A model generated the notes under the pieces. The model saw only the letters and a list, made by a program, of their open reading frames with translations, made no database searches and was not told where the DNA came from. The translations under genes and the position numbers were made by a program. A stretch of 64,000 bases of DNA from Trichosphaerium sp. ATCC 40318 (Eukaryota; Protista; Tubulinea), in NCBI GenBank assembly GCA_038496445.1, contig JALMLS010000268.1, positions 372,001 through 436,000 on the forward strand, written 5' to 3'. Positions 1-11,476 of the stretch are shown in pieces (positions within the stretch are counted from its first letter, which is position 1; each line of letters starts with the position of its first letter).

Positions 1-744
1 GAAATTGACGTGGCAACAGCAGTACGTTGATACCTTGGTATTATTGGCCTAAATACGCACCACTAGCTTAACTTTGATTGCTTCTTACGCATCGCAACGT
101 ATTTGGAGCGAAAAGCCCATGACTTGCTTTCTTTAGCTCTGGTATGCAGCAGTTGGCACGAAATGATGCGAGATGCGATTAAAGTATCAATTCGACGTGT
201 ATACGGCGTTTCACGTGAAGACTATCGCGGCCCGAAAGACTACACCTTGTATGACGATGGTATTGATTGGTTCGCCTTCTACAAGTCGTATCGAAAACTA
301 AAGCACTTGACATGCACCACGTGCAAACGGTTTTTACACTCACCGGACGACAACAACAGAGATGTCAACTCATGTCCATTTTGTGACACTGCTGCTTTTT
401 GCAATTCTTGTTGTTTTCAGAAGGGATGGCCCAAACATAGGTGGACGTGCAACCGGAGGGTATGGTTCCAATGGCGTGGGGGTGAGATGTCAGGTGTCAC
501 GTATCGAACCATAATCCCTCGCACAAAACACCAGCGTGGCGCTACCCTCTACGACATTACAGAGAAGGATTGTGACGACTATGAACGCCGTATAAGCAAG
601 CACATGGTTGTACGTGGTACGCCACGCGTTCAGCTGTGGTTCTGGCGCACGCAGCAATCTGTCAACAAAGACAAAACAATGAAAGACTACATTCCAATCT
701 TGTTCAAGGAACGCGGTTTTACGGCTAGGTTGTACCTTACTTAA
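1..744 (+). CDS. F-box + MYND-type zinc-finger protein (5' end outside window)
   Basis: Removing intron 22-66 (GTACGT..CACTAG) gives ...LNFDCFLRIATYLERKAHDLLSLALVCSSWHEMM, an F-box pattern. Later CTTC..CPFC...FCNSCCFQKGWPKHRWTC resembles MYND (YC...CQ...W..HK..C). Confidence 0.7.
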
Positions 745-961
745 TGCACCTGCCGCTCATCAAAAAAAACCTTTGAGCATGTATTTCTTAAGTAGTTTAT
801 TGTTTATTTAATGTAATAACGTTAAATTAATTAGAGGCTTATTAGTGTTTGCCTTTAAGTAGGATATTGTATCTCGGGCAGAAAAATGCTTGAGATTTTT
901 TTTATTGTTGTTGAAGCCACAAACGAACAAAAAGAAAGCACGCTAACACTAAATATCGCAC

Positions 962-2132
962 ATGACGGCTGTTGTAGCACCTAGATCACCCTTACCTGTT
1001 ATAGTATTTCGTGGTACGTAAGGTGGCCTGGATACATAATTTGTAATAATTTATTAATTTATTCTTTGCTAATCCTTTCGAGTCCAGACAAAACTAACAA
1101 CAATCAACACATCACGTGCTATGATATTCAAGGAGAAATAGGCTGTGGCAGTAGCGGCAGTGTATTTGCAGCAAGAGAGAAGACTACACGAAAGCGTGTT
1201 GCGTTAAAGCGTATTAAACGCGAGTTCTTTGAGAAGTTCCACTCGCTTGTAAAGCAAGAATTTGATTTTGGTAGAACCTTTAAACACTCAAATATTATCA
1301 AGGTGCACGGCGTTTGTGTAGATGAAGGTACGTTATCCCAATCCATAACTTGAAAACAACATTGAAAATATTGTAAAAAACACGTGCTTACTTGCAACTT
1401 GAAAAAGGCCTTCCCGTACTGATCATGGAACGTGCTCGTTGCAGCTTATTTGATTTGCTTGATGGTAAACCCCTGTCACTCCTTAGACCAATTTTACAAG
1501 TGGCGACTTATCACGTGCTCAGAGCGTTACAGCAAATACATTCACGTGATATAGTGCACTGTGATATCAAAGTCGGTATGAGACATTCATATTAGTACAC
1601 TCTGATACTTAATTGTTGCGCAGAGAACATCTTGGTTGGATACGATGGTTTCTTTAAGGTAGCTGATTTTGGGTTTGCACAGACTGTTGGCCAGTTTAAC
1701 AAGATTCCACTCGCTGGAACGCCACAAGTACGTGATAATTCAGTATCTTTCAAGTTAATCATGGTATAGTACATGGCACCGGAGTGTTTTGTTGGCAAGG
1801 GAGAGTTTACGACAAAATTTGATATTTGGTCAGTTGGCGTATTAGTTTTTGCCTGTTTGGTTGGCGAGTTTCCAAAACAAGTAGACTTTTCATCAACAGA
1901 AAAAATATGCAGAACACTTGCAACTGTAGCAAAGCAAGGATACATCAATTATTCGTCACAAATCGGCGAACTTTCGATTGATGACGTAGCCTTCTTGGGC
2001 GCCATTATGGTCGTCAACCCATCACAGCGGCCTACCGCTGCAGACTGCTTTAAATTACCCTGGCTACCTGCTCGTTTGGGTCATCCTCTACCAAAGAAAA
2101 CGCAGAAGAAAAAGAGAAGAGAGAAGCAGTGA
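962..2132 (+). CDS. Ser/Thr protein kinase, multi-exon
   Basis: Spliced motifs IGCGSSGSV, VALK, HCDIKVENIL, DFG, GTPQYMAPE and DIWSVG, joined by GT-AG introns. Confidence 0.92.
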
Positions 2133-2549
2133 ACAATATTTTTTTAACCCTCATTTTTCGCTGGTGTCTCGTTGTATATGTACCTTGTATCTTGTAAATA
2201 ACACCTAAAAACTCTGTCACGTGGGTTGCCATATTTTTGTTTTTTCTGAGATATACGATGTGTCAATTAAATAACTATTAATAGAAGGCTAAACAGGCAC
2301 TGTAGAATTACGTAATGGGTTCTATCTCCTAGCCGTAGATTGCTTCTCAAATGGTGTAGTGCAATGTGTACCGTTATGAAACGCGGACTTTGACATTACT
2401 GTAGTATCCCGTTTGTAGTTTTTTCACATCAGTGGCATCAGCAATTCTACTAGAAACAAGGAAAACTAACGTTAAATTACATCACATCGGTCAATCAACT
2501 GAAAAAATCAGTTTAGTTTAATTCAAACCGCGCATACAACGTACGAAGC

Positions 2550-5171
2550 ATGGCACAAGCGTACCCAACGAATCCTGCCTATCAGGGCGGTTCACAAGCT
2601 TATCAGGCGCCACAAAAACAGCAAATGCCTACATACTATGGTCAACCAGCGCAAAGGGCACCACAACCTGGTTGGGTGCCACAAGCGCCGCAATTTGTAG
2701 CGCAAGGTCCACCGGCACCTCAGGGCGCACTACCGACGCCGTATGCACAGTACTATCCGTACAACGCTTTCGGCGGTTACATGTACGGCCAAAATTTCAA
2801 CCAAAGGCAACGCGTTCCCCCTTACCGTGGCCGCGGGCGAGGATCGAGAGGTCGTGGTGGTTTTGCTGGTAATCGGAGACGTGGAGCTGGTCGACAATCT
2901 ACAGCGCCTCAGCCTATTCAAAAGGGCGACGTTGCCAAGTACGATATTAAATAATCGCCAGAGGGCCTATGGGAGCGATCTGGGAGCTTTTTTTCACCCT
3001 CTCTCGCAAATCGCTCCAAATGAGCCCCTAATGCCTACTTAGAGGTCCTACCACCAATTTTAAAAACCTGTTGCAAGAAGCACTTCAAAAGCGTGGCTTA
3101 GCGTTACCTACTTACAACACCATAAAAGTCGGTTAGTGACACATGTTTTACATTTAAAAAACCAAAAAACATGTCTCCGCCTCCCATTCTCGCGCTTTGG
3201 TAGTGTCCCACGCCACTACTACAGCGTTTAAAGAAGAATTGAAGAATTTCTTTTTTGCACAAATCCCCCTTTGGTACACTAAAATAGCACCAAAATCGCT
3301 CAGCTAAAAGTCAAGAGGCTGGCTACATTCAGGCGCATTATTCTTTTTTTTGTTGCACTAATGACTCTCTGTAAATACAAAGGAACTCTGACATGCCCTT
3401 GTAGGTCACCATACACGTGCTCACTTTGTGTCATCTATAAAGTTGTGGGATGATACTGTAATCACTTCTCCAAAGGATAAGGTCTATACTCAACGCAAGG
3501 TGCGCATTATTACAACATGTTGTTAAACAGGATTTGTCATTGTGCACTTTGGAGAAAATCCAATTTTTTTTTTACATTATCGTTGTTAACTTCGTTTTCT
3601 AGCATGCAGAGCAATATGCCGCTGATCAAGCAATAAACTACGTCAAAACGAGCGGACCTCCACCGCGCAAAAAGGCTCGAAGAAAGCAGGAGCAGTCAAA
3701 TGCTAGAGTGCGCTCCCTTCAAAATTCACCAGCTCCTGTAGCACAACCTCCTGGTGCGTTATCACTCAATTGGTTGTATCTAACGTGGAATTTGATCTAG
3801 TCAATATGCCAGCAGTACCAATCAATCACGCACGATTGCAGATGATTTTAATGACAGACATTGCCATTTCCCCTCTAGACACAACTGCCATTAATAAAAT
3901 ACAGGTACCTACAATCCAACATGAATGCCAGGCTGACTAACATTGTAATGCGATTTAGACAGAATTGGTACCTCCTGTTGAAGAATCCAAAGAACTTGCT
4001 GTGTTTGTGGATCAAGTCCTCTCTGCCATTCGAGAACTCAAGGATGAAGAACATATCAAAGACATACAACTCGTCGGTGCACACGCATGGGTACTTACCA
4101 GCCACTCACTTATTTGCACCGGTTTTTTTATTAAGTTAGTATTTAGGGTACACGACTTAAAGGTGATTGTACTGCCGAGGTCGTTGTTGTAGATGTCGCT
4201 CCGCCTTGCGTTTCTCGTGTGAAGACTTATGTCACTTCACTCAAAGAAAAATTCCTTGATGGCATGACGAACAACGTGCGAACGACCTTTTTTGTTGTTC
4301 AGCTTATTTTGAAACTAAATGTTATTAGGGCTCTATAATCACCTTTAAAAAGACTGTAAAAGACTTGTCATATACCGTCATTGTTGATTGGACATTTCAA
4401 GAAGTATTTGGATTTAAACCAGGTACGCACGCGGTAGTTGTTATGCTACACCAATTGGTGGCTTCTCAACCGTCTTGTTTTGGTGCGTGGCGATTACTCA
4501 CATTGTTGTCTTGTATTAGAAGGCGATGCCGCAGATACCACTTCAGAGTCGTATGTTGACGTTGTAGCAATGAAGGAGGCTATTATAAAGATTAGACAGA
4601 CATTGTGGTGGAAAGAAACAATGGGCTTCAATGACAGTTACACCTACTCAAGGAATATAATTCGTGTTTTCACACATCTATGTGCAACTGCTGAGGACTG
4701 GCGCATCCTTGACACTTGGGTACGGTTCTCTTTATGCCAAAGGTTGAGCCCAATCCTTGCTAACCTATTGTACATCAGAAAACTGTGGTTATCGTGTACA
4801 GAGCGCTTCATCATTTTCAGTTTTCTTCGGCTCATGGTAGAGCTGGGTTTGTAGCGCTGCTGAGAGGTGTATTTGAGTATTTTGCAGCCGGTACAACGAG
4901 CTTTAGAATTCTTTTTTGAACCGTGACTTTTCTAACTCAATCGAATAGGACACATTCTCCCTGGAGGCATGACCTTACCTGACCCAGTTCGCGAAAATAA
5001 ACAATTGCTTGAAGGATTGTCTCTCGACAAATTGAGCCAAGTAACAAAGGTAGCACAAGCTCATATTATTGGGCTCGCTACAAAAGTAAGCTTTTTTGGT
5101 TCACCTGTTTACTCATCGTTGCTAACGTAAATCTCTTTTAGCCCGAGCCGACACTCAAAGGATTGTTCTAA
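2550..5171 (+). CDS. Q/P/Y/G low-complexity + RGG + dsRBD + DZF-domain protein (ILF3/NF90/ZFR-like fold)
   Basis: dsRBD: FKNLLQEALQKRGLALPTYNT..HFVSSIKL..QRKHAEQYAADQAI. DZF/NTase-like: QLVGAHAWGTRLKGDCTAEVVVV, AIIKIRQTLWWKE, IIRVFTHLC...W..LDTW, LLRGVFEYFAAGHILPGGMTLPDPVRE, VTKVAQAHIIGLA. Confidence 0.8.
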
Positions 5172-5346
5172 TTGTAGTATAACATCTTGTACATAAACCT
5201 GTGGTGATGAGAATAAAGAAAGCAAGCCTTTGAACCCAACAACATCTTTTTCAATTAATTTTTATTATTACTGTGATAGTACAGAACCATGTGTGGTAAT
5301 CACTTTCATTTTCATTTTACAAGTTTTGTAATATGCGTGACATTAA

Positions 5347-8006
5347 TCACGTGACTCTCAAAACAGAGTTTTGAATAATAGGAGACGTGTTATAAGATAC
5401 AAACACGCTATAGGTACCAGGCGTTGGTGCAACGTACTCCGCGCTATGCGTACAGTTATAAATGGGTTGCATTGTACTAATAAAACGCGACGTACCGATA
5501 AATACCAGGGCTTTGAACAGCAATGTTTGCGTATAAGTTAGTAGGGCCTTCAATGCGTACTTTGATTCCATTCGGATTACTGATAGCCTACAGGAAAAAG
5601 TGAGCAATCACGTGACCAGCTAGTGCTGAGCGTGCCTTTGGAGAACCTGTGCCGTCCGTCACTGTAACAGTAAATGAAGATGGTATGCCAGCACGTGTCG
5701 TTGAAAGACCGAGACCTAAAGCAGAACATGTCAATAACAAGACATGATTACTAAAGCGCTTACCGCCCACTTGAAAGTTTGTAGCACCACCAGAACCGTA
5801 ACCAGAACTAGGCGAACCAAAGCTACCTCTTGGATTATATCCACCAGAGTTTGCATTAAACCCACGGTTTCCACCCCATCCTTGTTGTGGTTGTTGTGAA
5901 AATCCTGCAGCCGACTTGTAAGTAAAATAACCTACATGCGCAGCACATGGCTAGCAAGAAGAGGCTAATTCCATTCAAATAACTCCGCACCTCCATTTTG
6001 AAATACTGTCAAATTCTGAGAGAACATTGGTCTGTTTTGTATACTCACGTTTATAGCGTAAGGACCAGGTGCATTTGGCATAAAGTCAATGCCTGTGTCT
6101 CCATTGCCTAGATCATACACTTGTGGTGCCAGATTCACTGAAAACAAAGATTAGCCAAAATAAATGGAACCTACCTAAACAACGCGATAAACACCGTACT
6201 TGGACCACTGCATGTTGCTGAAACCTTTTCTAGTTCCAATTGTAGAGGCTCACTAAGTATACAAGTAAGCGTTTGTCACATGATAACCACGTGCCCTGTT
6301 GCATCTGATGTGGATAGGACATAGTGCGCCTTTCGGCCCATAGGCATGCTCTGAGGGCCAGAGAAATTGAATCGTTGTGACATGGCCTTTAGGAAAATAA
6401 GAGATTAAACTGAAAGTTTTTTGATTGGCTCACCGAGGAAGCAGGTCTTAGCTTGCGCATTGGTGCTGCATTGTTATTCCCAAACATGTTTGTGACTTGT
6501 GGTTGTATTGGTTGCGGCTGTACCTGTACCGGAACTGGCGTAGGTTGTGGAGAGTAAGTCACAGGCGCAGTTTTTGGTTGTGAGAAGACACCAGACGCTC
6601 TAGCCTAAAAAAACTAAATTATTGAGCCCAAACAAAAATCTGCATACCTGAGGAGTAGGTCTCACTGGTTCTGCCTTTGCTTGCTCGAGGCTACTCAACA
6701 AGTCTGATAGCTCGTTACTGGCTTTAGAGTCGATACCAGTCGGATGTGTGGTTGGAACACTTGCAGCTTCCCGGCGTGGTGGATCTTCAGGTATTGGATT
6801 CTGTCTGCGTCGCATCGATGATCTGGATGAAGCGTTGCTCCTCACGCTTGATCTGTCAGGGAGAGTTGATTGGAGATTAGCACTAGAGGCTTTTGTGTGA
6901 AACAAAGCGTTATCGTCCATTTGTGTAGGGTCGTATTCCTGAGGCGGATCGTGCAAGTCTGCTATCAGGTTATCCAACTCACTTAATCCAGAATCTTCTG
7001 GTTCTGCCGTTGGCATGCTTGGATCCAATCCACCACCTGCAAGTAGCCGCTTTAGCGGTTGTGACACTTAATTTAAAAAGAGAGATAATTGTACCATCTT
7101 CTAAATCAGCAATAAGCATGTCGAGCTCGTTGTCTACTGCTGTGCTCTTTACGGAGGCTCGCACACTTCTTGCAGCCATCCCAACGAGTCGATTCATTGC
7201 CATAGGATCTAGGTCACCATTAACACTGCCTCTGGTGCTCCCTGTGACACTAGGGGCGCCATAACTGGAGCGTGTATTGTATGATGCACCAACACTGCCC
7301 CTGCCAGCAGTGCTTGCAGGTTTGTAACTTCCTCTTGTACTACCTCGTCCGTTGTATCCTGTACTTGCTCTTGTATCGTATCCAGCTGTCCCAGACGCGT
7401 TTGCCCCATAACTGGATGTACTATCTCTGGTGGGTGTCTGTAAGAGAGTTAAATGGTAAAAACAGTAAATATAAAAACAAAAAAGCAAATTAGGACAAAC
7501 AAATTTAATCGTACGTAAGTTGAAGAGGTTTTTGGTTCTGGGTCGTACGAGTTGTCAGCAAAATCGTTATAGTCCAGGTCAAATTCAGACAGCCTACTTC
7601 TTGAGCTTCTAATCGTTGATCGTACATCCTCTTCCAACTCATTGACAAGAGCGTCTACGTCTGCTGTGTTGAGAGCGTCTACGAGAGTTCAGTAAATTGC
7701 TTTTCCCTGGAAGTTGTCTCAAATAGATGTAGAGGCGTTATAGTTTGTGTAAATGGCGCATAATGCAATCACGGAAAGCTTTGGCCCAAAAGGAAGTAAC
7801 ATTTTAGTAAACAAACAAGTAAACGCACCATCAATATCTGTTGTGCCCGTCATCCCTGAATCGACGCCCAACTCAGACATTAGTGCATCTAATTGAGACA
7901 TACTAGTATCGTTTGAAGGTACAGATGGCGTAGAGACGCTGGCACTAACTGTAACGCCAGCTTGTGCATTGTCAAAGTCTGCAAGTAAATTATCTAGCTC
8001 GTCCAT
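5347..8006 (-). CDS. LD-motif-rich disordered protein with two C-terminal filamin (Ig-like) repeats
   Basis: LD-like motifs MDELDNLLADF, QLDALMSEL, DVDALVNELE, ELDMLIADLE, ELDNLIADLH, ELSDLLSSLE. Filamin repeats DLGNGDTGIDFMPNAPGPYAINVSI and CSALGLGLSTTRAGIPSSFTVTVTDGTG..GIYRAEYVAPTPGTYSVFVSYN. Confidence 0.8.
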
Positions 8007-8276
8007 TTGATGTACTCAACTATTAACCACTACAGCAACGAGCGTTAGTCTTGTGTACGCGCAATCAACGTGTATTACACGAGTTGACCAATTGTAGCCA
8101 TTTGTGTTGGTGAAAGCGAAAAAACAGTTTTCGTCACAAAAATCGGTGGTACAGCTGAAAAAGAGCAATATTACACGCAAGCGCCTATTAGAAAGTATGT
8201 ACAAGTTGTTTATTTACATGAGTGTTTTTTTTTGATTGTTTTTTGGACAAACAAAACCCTTTTTTTTTTTTTTTTG

Positions 8277-9582
8277 TCACCTCTTTTTCTGAGAGTCCGG
8301 TTGAGTTTTTTGTTGTTCTGAAGCTATCAGTTTCGCGTGCCATTTCTCTGCTGCTTTAACGAATAGATTATCTACATTCATATTTGTTTTGCTTGAAGTT
8401 TCCATTATAAACTCAGCCTACATCACGTGGTCAAACAGATACGCGAAATAATCTGCGGAGACAAAAAAACAAGCGAAAAAAATTTTATGACATACACCAA
8501 CCAGTTGCCGCACTGTTTCAGCTGCTTCAGCAGTAACTTTCCTCGATTCTTCCAAGTCTCTTTTAGTGCCAGCCATTACCATAATCACGGACTTTGATGC
8601 GTATTTTGTAATTTCAGCTACCCATCTCCTAACCTTTGTAACAAAACGTCAGTTATCTTCAAACTACACTTTTTTGTTCGACAATGTGCAAATTTTTAAA
8701 GTACAAATACGTCGACGGCTAGCGTACCCCAACATCGAAAAATTGGTCTGTGGTGTCGTAGCATAATATGATAATATTTGCGTTGCGATAAAATGCTGTG
8801 GTGTTTGTCCTAAAACAGATTTAATAAAATCCTTCTTCCACGTGATTCAAATCGTTTTTTGAAATAAATCATATCAACAAACGACAATACAAGTAACTTT
8901 GATACCAATCGGAAAAAATGTAAAACTAGATAATGCGAGAGAGGAGAGAAAACATAACAATTTTCGTTACTTGTTGAGTAAAAAAAATTTCTTGGTTATT
9001 ACAATGCTCGTTAGTAACCAAAACGGAAAACAATTAAAAATAAAAAAAAACCCTTATTAACTCATAAATTGCTGAAATGATCTAAAACACCCTCAAAGGT
9101 AGTTCCTACAGTACCTAAATCGTTCTTGACCAGCCTAATATATATAAGACGGCGTATTAGCACCACAGCGTACCGAATCCCAGAGTTGCATTTTTATTTT
9201 TTGGCCTCCTGTGTTGATGTACTTTACGCGCTTGGATAAAATGTTACTTCTTCAATTGCGTATTACGATCTTTATTTGTGTTGACATACCAAGTCAATAC
9301 CCACAGTCGACGCTACGCGTTCAAATTTATTTTCTACAAGCCGGTGGGCTAGCATTGTCTTTCCTACGGCTGGAAAGATAGTATTTAGACGATAAAGTCT
9401 GCACACAGTATATTTTTACCTTGATCTCCAACAATCAGTACCTTACATAATCGATCGTAGTCCTTAGGACAGCTAACATGCCATTAGCGTCATGTAACAA
9501 CAAAAAAAAAATCTCTGTACTTTTCTTCCTTATTAAACGGTAAATCTATGCCAGCTCTCGATCCTGTGAGACAACCACCCAT
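8277..9582 (-). CDS. Rab-family small GTPase (Rab1/Rab8-like) with N-terminal MGGC and no C-terminal Cys
   Basis: Not called as a protein in the ORF track. Spliced: [89 protein letters not shown]. Confidence 0.88.
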
Positions 9583-10056
9583 TGGTGTAAATTTGGTAAC
9601 AAAACGGCAGTCTGTCACACATTGACTTGACGCGTACCCACTTAAACTCGAAACTGGTTATCGACTACGCCAACGCACTACGTCACCAGGCCTTTAGAAA
9701 GATTGGCATTCGACAAAGTGTACAACTCCGGAACAAAGATACCCACGTGATCAAAGGGGCACTATTAACTAAAGACGCTGGTGGGATTAGCGGACTATTC
9801 TCAAGAACTTCGCAGTTCACTAGCGCACTATTTCTAGAGCCGTGTAACTACCACGTTTCCGGTTTATTTTTACACCCTGTCATACTCCAAGAGTAAAGAA
9901 AACTGTCGGGAAATAAACACCTTTTGCGGGGTCAAATTACTTTCGGATACGGTACCCAATTTCAAATCTACGGAGTGGTGTTGTGTTGATACGTGCAAAT
10001 GCATGATGTCTTGCCGATAGCACTGAGGTTTGTCAAACTGAGGTAGTACGCTGTTA

Positions 10057-11386
10057 TTATTTGGGCCAAATAAAGCCATTAGTAATATCCGTCAAATATT
10101 GTTTGTATTGCTTCTTGCTAATCACACGTAAGGTATTTTTCTCGGTTACCTCCGGTGATATTGTCAAGATACCAATGCGTTCCATCGCGTTTTTCCTGCC
10201 GTTAATAGCGGCTGTGAGTTTGTGATGACCGTCAAGCACATAGCTAACCACTGTAAAAGAAAGCCTTATATTTAAATGTACCGTACCGAGTTGCTTTTGG
10301 ACCCTTATGCTCAGCCATTAATACAATCGGTCTTCCCTTTATGATAAAAATTAATCATCACGTTTCTTTCAAAAACGTACCAGTTGGCGTCGCATCTGCT
10401 CTTTATATTTATCTACTGTGGCTTTGTTACGGTAAGTTTGTGTCAAATAGCAATGTGCAGACTCATGATAGACGCATTGTAAAGCTTTTGTTTTCCTCAG
10501 CGTTGTATATTCCCACCTGCCACGAATGGCTGGCGCATATCTAATCGAGTATCTGCCAGGCGCGAGCAATTGAAGTATTGGTGCAATATAAGTAGACAAG
10601 GGAATGTCGGGGTCAATGACGCCGTGACGAAATCTCACCTCTAGCTCACGTATCTCCTTGTCAAGTTGCGGTTTGTTTAGCCCAGCACAGCATTGGTAGT
10701 AGCGGAAAAGGCTTCCAGAAGATGTTTCAAAAAGCTGCAATAGCACTGGCTACAGGAATTTTGTAAACGAAACGACCTGTCAGTTTTGTTGGATTTTCTG
10801 TACCTCTCCATGTGCCAAAAGCTGTTTTGGGTTTGAGAAACGTGGCCGACCATAGTCACGTGCTATACTAACAAACTCCAGTACTCCTGCGCCATCAGTG
10901 ACGTTCACAATTTCAGTAATGTCAGCTGTGGCGTGGATAAGTGGTATTCGCGAGTAAATCTCATCGTACATTGGGACGCTGTGTCCCTTGATGTTCGCGA
11001 AAAATAGTTTGTAGTTTCTCCAAGTTTACGAACTGATTTTTTCAAAACGGTCTCATATGTGGTAATACGTTTAATAGCACCAATAGAGGTGGGTTTACAG
11101 TAGTCAGTGAGGCCTGTCGACATGTCAGTTGGAGATGTAAACAAGTAAAAACGTCACCTGGTAAAAAGTGAGCGTACACCCATCTCCAAGCGTCGTGAGT
11201 GCTCAATTTTGCGTTGAGAAGCTTATCGGTACAAATCAACTAACGAATTGTTACAGGATAAAATTACAAGCTACATACCGAATGTATTGTACGACAAGCT
11301 GTTCTAAAGTACTCAAAGCATCCATGTTCCGTTATAATATTGAATTGTAACTCGGGCGGTAAGGTTGTAAAACCACAAACTGCCAT
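10057..11386 (-). CDS. F-box-like protein with C-terminal ParB/Srx-like (DGHHK) domain
   Basis: N-terminus FTTLPPELQFNII..FRTACRTIH. C-terminus TVDKYKEQMRRQLGRPIVL..SYVLDGHHKLTAA. Exons join in frame through GT-AG introns. Confidence 0.6.
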
Positions 11387-11476
11387 TTTATATTTTGTTT
11401 GTCAGACTAGACGTTTTTTGACCTCCTTTCGCTCCCAAATTGTCAGAAGTGCATGCGCGTGCTATAAGCATCAACC

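Noticed and set aside
4262-4328. Apparent GC donor (GCATGA) in the DZF gene
   Set aside because: A downstream GTGCGA donor restores the frame (DGMTNN|GSIITF).
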